Source: Candidatus Micrarchaeia archaeon (GTDB taxonomy: Archaea; Micrarchaeota; Micrarchaeia; CABMEP01). Taken from it: a DNA stretch of 64,000 bases. Within the stretch, counting starts at the first letter, position 1. Every line of letters begins with the position of its first letter. Shown piece after piece: positions 56,919 through 64,000 of the stretch. Position numbers and translations under genes: made by a program. The notes beneath the pieces are model-generated. The model worked only from the letters and a program-made list of their open reading frames with translations. It was not told where the DNA came from and did not search any database. The stretch covers positions 1 through 64,000 of the forward strand of contig JAVZPM010000004.1 in NCBI GenBank assembly GCA_038881595.1, read 5' to 3'.

Positions 56919-57707
56919 ATGAATATACAATATAAGAAAAAATTACAAAAAAGTGTTTATATGAAAGGTGTACTCCTTGATATGGAAGGAGTCATTCGAG
57001 ACTCTAAAAATGCATTTCATCATGCGTACGAAAAAGCATTAGAGGCCGTTGGACTTAAATTGAATTCTTATCCTGCCGCAACATGGAAGTTAAGGGGTTT
57101 TGCTGAATTGAACCATCAAGATGAATTCTTAAAAGCTCTCTATGCAATCGCTAAAAACGGAGAGGATATAACACGAATTTTATGGAAAAAATATCCTGTT
57201 GAATATGTAAAAGAATTGATGAAAAAAACTCCAATAAGTAAAGAAGATTTTGAAAAAATGCATTATGCATATAATAAAACTCTTACCGATCCTAAAGTTT
57301 TTAGGCGTATACCTCCTGTAAGGGCGGGTAAGAAAGGTGCTAAATTACTTAAAGATTATGGTTTTACATTAGGTATAGTGACCAATGCAAAGAGAGAATA
57401 TAACCAGATCTGGATGCAGGATAGAGAAGTTATAGACATGTTTGAAACTGTAATTACATCTGAAGATGCTTCTCAACCAAAGCCATCACCTGAAATGATA
57501 TTGAAAGCATGTAAAAAACTAGGATTAAAACCTAGTGAAACATATTATCTAGGGGACAGCGAAGCTGACATAATGGCTGCAAAAGCTGCAGGTTGCATCC
57601 CTATCGGAATAATGTCTGGAAGTACTGAAAGAGCGGTCTTAAAAAAGCTTGGTGCAAAAGAAGTATATAAATCTGTTACTGAATTTGCACTTAAATTCAA
57701 AAGATAA
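56919..57707 (+). CDS. HAD-family hydrolase (phosphoglycolate phosphatase-like; start may be 56961)
   Basis: LLDMEGV, IVTN, KPSPE and GDSEAD..AA..AG. Confidence 0.85.
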   Translation: MNIQYKKKLQKSVYMKGVLLDMEGVIRDSKNAFHHAYEKALEAVGLKLNSYPAATWKLRGFAELNHQDEFLKALYAIAKNGEDITRILWKKYPVEYVKELMKKTPISKEDFEKMHYAYNKTLTDPKVFRRIPPVRAGKKGAKLLKDYGFTLGIVTNAKREYNQIWMQDREVIDMFETVITSEDASQPKPSPEMILKACKKLGLKPSETYYLGDSEADIMAAKAAGCIPIGIMSGSTERAVLKKLGAKEVYKSVTEFALKFKR

Positions 57708-57872
57708 GGTTGTAATGTAGATATTTAAATTAATTTCTTAAACTTTTCTGTCTATATAATAATATAATATAGAAGAGATCTTAATATAGACCTCTATGTT
57801 TTATCCAATAAAAAAAATCTATTTGTTAAAACAATTATCGTTTTAATATAATTAATTCTTAGGGGTGAAAAT

Positions 57873-59513
57873 ATGGCGAATTCACAACAGATGATACTTC
57901 CAGAGGGAAGTTCAAGAACTGTAGGAAGGGATGCACAGCGCATTATGATTGTGGTTGGAAGAGCAGTTGGTGAAATTGTAAAGAAGACTCTCGGACCAAG
58001 AGGAAGCGATGTAATGCTTGTCTCTGAACTTGGAGATATCGTTATAACTAATGATGGAGCAACGATTTTAACTGAAATGAATACAGATCATCCTGCAGCC
58101 AAGATTCTTGTAGAAGTTGCAAAAACACAAGATAAGGAAGTTGGTGATGGAACCACTACCTCTGTTGTGCTGGCTGGTGAATTGCTCAAAGGAGCAGAAG
58201 ATTTGCTAGACAAAGACATACATTCATCTACGATATTAAGAGGATACAAACTCGCTGCAACAAGAGCATTAGAAAGAATAAAAGAGATATCAAAGCCTGT
58301 AACTATCAAAGATACAAAAGTACTTTACAATATAGCCTCTATTTCTATGGGATCAAAATCTGTAGGAGTAGGTGAATCAAAAGATCGTCTTGCAAAGATC
58401 GTAGTAGATGCAGTTACACAAGTTGCAGAACAAAAAGATGGAAAACTTATAATTGATCAGGATTTGATAAAAATTGAAAAGAAAGCAGGTGGCTCTATAG
58501 ATGACACTACTCTTATTAATGGTGTTTTGATAGACAAAGAGATAGTCCATCCTGCAATGCCAAAGAAAGTGGAAAACGCAAAGATAGCATTGCTTGACAC
58601 TTCTCTTGAAATTGAAAAAACAGAAACAGACGCAAAGATTGAAATAACAGATCCATCACAACTAACTGCATTCCTTGAGCAAGAAGAAAAAATGCTTAAA
58701 GAAATGGTTGAAAAAATAGAGAAGAGTGGTGCAAATGTTGTATTCTGCCAAAAAGGAATAGACGACGTTGCACAACACTACCTTGCAAAGAAAGGAATCG
58801 TAGCAGTAAGAAGAGTAAAGAGAAGCGACATGGAGAAACTCGCAAGAGCAACCGGAGCAAGGATAGTTACAATACTTAATGACCTCTCACCTAAAGACCT
58901 AGGTTATGCTGGATCTATAGAGGAAAGAAAGATAGGTGGGGAAGCTATGGTTTTTGTAGAAAAATGCAAAGATCCTAAATCAGTAACAATACTAGTAAGA
59001 GCATCAACAGATCATGTCGTAAATGAAGGAGAAAGAGCAATAAAAGATGCGATAGGAGCCGTTTCCTCTGCAATAGAAGAAGGAAAATATGTTTTTGGTG
59101 GAGGCGCAACTGAAATAGAGTTGGCAAAAGACCTTAGAGAATACGCAAACAAAATCGGAGGAAGAGAACAACTAGCAATACTCGCTTTTGCAGATGCACT
59201 TGAAGTAATCCCAAGAACACTTGCAGAAAGTGCAGGAATGGATGCGATAGATACACTGGTATCATTAAGATCAAAACACAATAACAAAGATGGCTTAACA
59301 TATGGAGTTAACGTATATGATGGAAAAATAGACAACATGGAGAAACTTGGAGTAATCGAGCCAGCAAAGGTTAAGGAACAGGCAATCATGTCTGCAAGTG
59401 AAGCTGCAGAAATGCTGTTAAGAATAAGCGACATGATAAGTGCAAAGCCAAAACCAATGTCTTCATCTGGAGGATCTGGAGGCACAGGTGGAATGGGCGG
59501 AGGAGAATACTAA
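57873..59513 (+). CDS. ths: Thermosome (group II chaperonin) subunit
   Basis: [13 protein letters not shown] and GDGTTT motifs, with a GGM tail. Confidence 0.97.
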   Translation: MANSQQMILPEGSSRTVGRDAQRIMIVVGRAVGEIVKKTLGPRGSDVMLVSELGDIVITNDGATILTEMNTDHPAAKILVEVAKTQDKEVGDGTTTSVVLAGELLKGAEDLLDKDIHSSTILRGYKLAATRALERIKEISKPVTIKDTKVLYNIASISMGSKSVGVGESKDRLAKIVVDAVTQVAEQKDGKLIIDQDLIKIEKKAGGSIDDTTLINGVLIDKEIVHPAMPKKVENAKIALLDTSLEIEKTETDAKIEITDPSQLTAFLEQEEKMLKEMVEKIEKSGANVVFCQKGIDDVAQHYLAKKGIVAVRRVKRSDMEKLARATGARIVTILNDLSPKDLGYAGSIEERKIGGEAMVFVEKCKDPKSVTILVRASTDHVVNEGERAIKDAIGAVSSAIEEGKYVFGGGATEIELAKDLREYANKIGGREQLAILAFADALEVIPRTLAESAGMDAIDTLVSLRSKHNNKDGLTYGVNVYDGKIDNMEKLGVIEPAKVKEQAIMSASEAAEMLLRISDMISAKPKPMSSSGGSGGTGGMGGGEY

Positions 59514-59611
59514 AACTCTAATAGACCTCTTTTTTCTTTTTATTTTCTCTTCTTTTCTATTTATTCTTATTTAATTTTTATCCTGCTGCGTATATCATTT
59601 ATTATTCTTTT

Positions 59612-60814
59612 TTATATTTTAACTGAAATTGATGCAAATACGTTATTCTGCATATTGGGTGTAAATTTAAACTTATTATTTTCAAACGATGTGTTTACAC
59701 CTGGAAAAAAGGAAACGCTAGATCTAACTAAAATATCTTTGTTTAAATTATAATTAAATCCTACTTCTGCTGACGCAACTGGAATAATCTTATCTAAAGA
59801 ATATAATTTTTCACTGTAATCGCCAATAATCAGAGAAGCATCTCCCTTTACAATTGCCGCACCAACAGAAAAGTTTGCTGTTAAATCAAGACCTTTCTGG
59901 ATGTGAGTTTGCTTTGAAAAGTTGAATTTAACAATAGAACCTGAAAAATAGGATTGAATACCAGCTCCATTTAATGGCATATATCCTAAACTCATATTAA
60001 AATTATACGCCTCGATTTTTCCTGCAGATGCAGTTGGACCTTTGGTAAATAAAATTGAGCTCCTTCCCGATGTCTCTTCCTCAGAAATTGCATCGCGAGG
60101 CCTTAACTTACAGAAAGAGGAGGCAATAAGATTTACCGCATCATTAACATCCACCACTGGATTGATTACTTCTTTTCCAAGTGCCATATTTAATGCATTT
60201 GATTGATCAATTATTGATTTGCTTCTAAAACCTTCGAGTATTTGTTTATTTACATTTACTTTGTTTATATTGTTATTTTCAAATACCTTAACAATAGAAC
60301 TTACAGGAATCTTACCTAATTTTTTTGACTGAACCTCTTGTGGAGATAATTTCATTAAATTAATAACATTCAAAGAAGCAGTAATATCCTTTCCATTTAC
60401 ACTTAAAGAAATAAAATTAGAAAATCTAGAATTAAATTCATTTATAGCTTTTATGGTTAACTCTGAAGTGGCTGCATTAAATTTATTGCGATTGATGCTC
60501 TGTTCAAATACATTAATTGCTTTTATCTTCGTAAGATTAGAATTAGCGAATTCGGAAAGATCTGATTTGATTTTGGAAAAATCGTTGTTTACTGCCTCCT
60601 TAAGATCTGAAATAAACTTAGAATCTGATTTTTTATAATAAGTCTTAAATAAAGAATTAAGATCATCTATTGGCTGAAGATTAAGATTTTTGCTTAATTC
60701 CTGTAAATGCTTTTTTATTTGATTTTTTTGACCTTTTGATAACTCAAGATTGTTTAAAATTCCATCCAATTCTTTTGCATTTATGTTTATTTTCCCTAAA
60801 CTAACCATATCCAT
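59612..60814 (-). CDS. Hypothetical protein with a C-terminal amphipathic beta-strand (beta-barrel-like) domain
   Basis: Alternating hydrophobic/polar strands in the last ~140 aa. Confidence 0.6.
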   Translation of the reverse strand: MDMVSLGKININAKELDGILNNLELSKGQKNQIKKHLQELSKNLNLQPIDDLNSLFKTYYKKSDSKFISDLKEAVNNDFSKIKSDLSEFANSNLTKIKAINVFEQSINRNKFNAATSELTIKAINEFNSRFSNFISLSVNGKDITASLNVINLMKLSPQEVQSKKLGKIPVSSIVKVFENNNINKVNVNKQILEGFRSKSIIDQSNALNMALGKEVINPVVDVNDAVNLIASSFCKLRPRDAISEEETSGRSSILFTKGPTASAGKIEAYNFNMSLGYMPLNGAGIQSYFSGSIVKFNFSKQTHIQKGLDLTANFSVGAAIVKGDASLIIGDYSEKLYSLDKIIPVASAEVGFNYNLNKDILVRSSVSFFPGVNTSFENNKFKFTPNMQNNVFASISVKI

Positions 60815-60897
60815 ATTCTCTTAATACATTAACATTTGATAATAATATAAACATTACTATAAGTGGGGGATGTAAAGGTATATAAGGAAATAAGCTG

Positions 60898-61380
60898 GTG
60901 TTATACTGTGATAAAATGGAAAAGAAATCTGAAAAGTTAAAAAGACCGAGCTTAGATGAATACTTTATGAGAATATGCGATGATGTTGCAACTAGAGCTA
61001 CTTGCAGAAGAAGAAAAATAGGTGCAGTGATTATAAAGGATAAGCAAATACTTTCTACAGGGTATAATGGAGCACCAAAGAAGATGCCGGATTGTCTTGA
61101 AGAGGGATGTTTACGAGATAAGTTAAAAATAGAGAGCGGAACAAGACATGAAATATGCAGGGCTGTTCATGCAGAGCAGAATGCAATAATACAATGTGCA
61201 TATCATGGTGTATCTTCGAATAATTCGATTCTATATGTTAACACTCCTCCTTGCAGGATATGTGCGAAGATGATAATAAATGCGGGGATAAAAGAGGTAA
61301 GATACAAGGGAGATTATCCAGACAAGGAGGCGTTCAAACTTTTCAAGGAAGCAGGAGTAAAGATCGTAAAGGTGGAATGA
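60898..61380 (+). CDS. dCMP deaminase (ComEB-like)
   Basis: STGYNG, HAEQNA and PC.IC. Confidence 0.92.
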   Translation: MLYCDKMEKKSEKLKRPSLDEYFMRICDDVATRATCRRRKIGAVIIKDKQILSTGYNGAPKKMPDCLEEGCLRDKLKIESGTRHEICRAVHAEQNAIIQCAYHGVSSNNSILYVNTPPCRICAKMIINAGIKEVRYKGDYPDKEAFKLFKEAGVKIVKVE

Positions 61381-61405
61381 CTATAAATTCTCTTATTTTT
61401 GCTGT

Positions 61406-62137
61406 TTATTTTATGGTGGTTCCAATAAATTCCTTTCCTTCTAAAAGATTATCTAAATTTTTCATATTATTTCCATTCAAAATATAAACCGTAATTCCTA
61501 ATTTTTCAGCTTCCTTAGCTGCGACAGGATCAAATGGGGCATTCAATCCTGGACTCCATTTGTCACCAACAAGCTTCCTGTAGTATTTCCAGCTTATTTC
61601 TTTAAATGGTCTTGCATCTTTGAACTGTTTTGGATTCTTGTCATAAACATAATCAACATTGGTCAGATTGATTATATTCTTTATCCCGTATGTCTTTGCA
61701 AATATAACTGCATCATAATCTGTTGAGAATCCTGGCTTCCAACCTGCAGCAACAATCACCTTCTTTTTGCCGAAATCAATTTTTTCCCTTGGATCTTTTA
61801 GAACTCGTTTATAGCAAATATTCCCTAGAATTGTCTTAATGAGATGAGCATTAAGCCTGGTTGCATGTATCCCAATCCAGTCTAGATCATCTTCTGAAAT
61901 CTCTGTTAATTCTTTTGCAGCTGATTGGTATAATCTTGCAGTTTTACCTCCACCACAAATAATAATGAAACGGAAGGACTTTGAAGTCATCTTTGTGACA
62001 AAATCCTTAAAAGAAGAAATGAATTTAGTATCTATTTTTTCTGGGACGATTAAAGAACCGCCAACAGAAATAATAAACTCTTTACTCCAACCAGTCTCGA
62101 AAACTCCATCTGAAAATTCTTTCTTTTTTGTTGTCAT
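61406..62137 (-). CDS. pyrH: UMP kinase (archaeal type)
   Basis: SVGGS, GGG.TAR.Y, D.IGI.ATRLNA, PGFSTD and PFDP.A. Confidence 0.93.
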   Translation of the reverse strand: MTTKKKEFSDGVFETGWSKEFIISVGGSLIVPEKIDTKFISSFKDFVTKMTSKSFRFIIICGGGKTARLYQSAAKELTEISEDDLDWIGIHATRLNAHLIKTILGNICYKRVLKDPREKIDFGKKKVIVAAGWKPGFSTDYDAVIFAKTYGIKNIINLTNVDYVYDKNPKQFKDARPFKEISWKYYRKLVGDKWSPGLNAPFDPVAAKEAEKLGITVYILNGNNMKNLDNLLEGKEFIGTTIK

Positions 62138-62174
62138 ATGCTATAATAAAAAACAAAATTTTTATTGCTTACAT

Positions 62175-63275
62175 TTATAACATCGCGTGTTTTTTAATTT
62201 GAGCAGATAACAATTCCCTAAACATTGAAACTGTTGAAAATAAATCTCTAAAATCGTGTGAAATTGCTCTAAAACCAACATCGTTTATATCTGATTTAAT
62301 CCATAATTCTCCTATTTGCTTTCCAGCGTATTGAATTCTTGTGGTAATTTCACTTAAAATTTTGTTTGCTTCTATTTCTGTTCCTCCTTTAGCTATATAA
62401 TTAGAAATTATCTCTTTCATTTCCATTGATTTTTCAGATGATAATTTTCCTAAAGTTAAATGTTCTGAAGTCTTTAAATGGAATAATAAGTTTTTTACTA
62501 ATTCTTTCTGTCTTTTTATTTCAAGCGGATCTGATTCACTAATCAATAATTCTTTTTCGTTTACAATATTCTTTATTATAAATGACTTTCTTGAGTTTGA
62601 ATCCATCTCTTTCATAGTTTTTATGACATTTGGATCAGAAAAGAAAGTCTTTATATCAACTACTCTTCTTAATCCAATTGAACGCAATCTACCTTTTGCC
62701 AAAGAAATCAAAAACTCTTTTTCTTTCGCTATTATTTCATTTATCTTTTTCTCATACTCGTCTATATTTTCTTTTAACTTTATTAAAGCTCTTGCAGTAT
62801 TTGGAGCTTTCTTTTCTAATTCTTTTATTTTTTCCATCTTCACGATATCTTTCAAATCTTTTATTTTTTTAAATGGACCCACACCTAAAGCTATAAAGGC
62901 AGAAGATAAAATAGCAGAATAAGGTGTTTTTGCAGATTCTTCATCGATACCTAAATAGAAAGAGATGGCATCTATTCCTGCATTTTTTATTGATTGTAAA
63001 TCGTTAGCTGCTTCTATATACGATTGACACATTTTTGAAACTAATGAATAATGTTCAAAAAATTTCTTCTTATCTTCTTCTGTTTTTATTCTATTTACTA
63101 TTTGTCTCAATTCTTTGAAAATCTTAGAAAGATCCTCTTCTTGAATAACTACAAGACCTGGTACGCTGTTAAGAGACTTAATAGCAGGAATTGTAGATTT
63201 TTCCATTTGGTTTATACTTTCATTTACTTTCTTCTGATCAAATCGTTTAATCCTCTGTTTAACTCCAAGTTCCAT
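62175..63275 (-). CDS. Hypothetical protein with one hydrophobic segment
   Basis: 366-aa helical ORF containing SAILSSAFIALGVGPF. Confidence 0.65.
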   Translation of the reverse strand: MELGVKQRIKRFDQKKVNESINQMEKSTIPAIKSLNSVPGLVVIQEEDLSKIFKELRQIVNRIKTEEDKKKFFEHYSLVSKMCQSYIEAANDLQSIKNAGIDAISFYLGIDEESAKTPYSAILSSAFIALGVGPFKKIKDLKDIVKMEKIKELEKKAPNTARALIKLKENIDEYEKKINEIIAKEKEFLISLAKGRLRSIGLRRVVDIKTFFSDPNVIKTMKEMDSNSRKSFIIKNIVNEKELLISESDPLEIKRQKELVKNLLFHLKTSEHLTLGKLSSEKSMEMKEIISNYIAKGGTEIEANKILSEITTRIQYAGKQIGELWIKSDINDVGFRAISHDFRDLFSTVSMFRELLSAQIKKHAML

Positions 63276-63467
63276 AATCTAAATAATTTAAATATGAATA
63301 TAAACTTAACTAAAATTCCAAAAAATTAATGGATTTTATCCATTTATATATAAAAGAATATTGTAAGTTTTAAACAAGTTAAATAAATAAAAATTTTTGA
63401 GATTCGAAGCTAAATAATCACAAAGAGTTAAAAAACTTAGATTCTAATAATATTAACGGTGTTGATT

Positions 63468-64000
63468 ATGTTAGATATCAAGCTAATAAGAAAGAATCCT
63501 GAAATTGTAAAAGCAGATCTTGAAAAAAGACAAGATCTAGAAAAGATCCAGTGGCTTGAAGACTTAATACAAAAGGATAAAGAATACAGAGAATTACTTG
63601 CAGAGGTTGAAAAACTGAGATCCGAAAGAAACCAAATAACAAGACAGATTGCAGACGCAATGAAAAAAGGAGACAAGGCAAAAGCTGAGGAATATAAGAA
63701 AAAAGCATCTGAAATTCCTGAAAAAATAAAGCAAGCAGAAGCAAAAATGGAAGAGCTGCAAGAAAAGGTGCGTTTCTATTTAATGCGCCTTCCAAATATA
63801 TTACATGAATCTGTTCCTTTTGGAAAAGATGAAAATGATAATCAAGTCGTAAGAACATGGGGCAAGCCAAAAACAAAAGAAGACTATGGATTTGAATTGA
63901 AAAGCCATGTTGATTTATTGCCAATTATAGATGGAGCGAATATAGAAAAAGCTGCAGATGTTTCAGGAGCTAGATTTTATTATCTAAAGAATGACCTTGT
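63468..64000 (+). CDS. serS: Seryl-tRNA synthetase (5' part; runs off the window)
   Basis: Manual translation MLDIKLIRKNPEIVK...LMRLPNILHESVPFGKDENDN...SHVDLL...VSGARFYYLK. Confidence 0.95.
   Translation, partial: MLDIKLIRKNPEIVKADLEKRQDLEKIQWLEDLIQKDKEYRELLAEVEKLRSERNQITRQIADAMKKGDKAKAEEYKKKASEIPEKIKQAEAKMEELQEKVRFYLMRLPNILHESVPFGKDENDNQVVRTWGKPKTKEDYGFELKSHVDLLPIIDGANIEKAADVSGARFYYLKNDL

Noticed and set aside
57786..59530. ATAGACCTCT repeated on both sides of the thermosome gene
   Set aside because: A single 10-bp match around a core housekeeping gene with no mobility genes. Chance is a sufficient explanation.
63437..63924. Two minus-strand ORFs at the right edge
   Set aside because: They are antisense to the serS 5' region, which starts at 63468 on the plus strand.

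Overview
An AT-rich archaeal chromosomal segment, most likely DPANN (Micrarchaeota-like). That assignment is my inference from the archaeal ribosomal/RNA polymerase cluster, thermosome, Cbf5, Nop5, deoxyhypusine synthase, GGTGA ribosome-binding sites, leaderless TATA promoters and T-loop tRNA introns. The left ~23 kb mixes metabolic genes with lineage-specific ORFs. The metabolic genes are a GH57-like protein, an AdoMetDC-like enzyme, pyrB, a B12 radical SAM protein, a P-type ATPase, an FNR-like oxidoreductase, thpR, a GT28-like glycosyltransferase and ftsZ. This part also holds an orphan serine recombinase, a divergent receiver-domain protein and several broken genes. The middle holds nrdR and a class II ribonucleotide reductase with tandem NrdR boxes just downstream of an archaeal TATA box, Lhr, two tandem DEDD exonucleases (one has lost its ATG), and dhs plus an agmatinase-like gene. 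The right half is mostly housekeeping: rps13-rps4-rps11-rpoD-rpl18e-rpl13-rps9-rpoN-rps2 with three intron-containing tRNAs, cbf5, secDF, Hef, PINA, glyS, valS, serS, thermosome and pyrH. The best leads are a candidate outer-membrane-type beta-barrel protein in an archaeon, the NrdR regulon on an archaeal promoter, a possible agmatine-based deoxyhypusine route, homopolymer-frameshifted genes, and recurrent 5'-terminal mRNA hairpins. I saw no CRISPR array, rRNA gene or transposase. All family calls come from motif recognition by eye; no database search was run.
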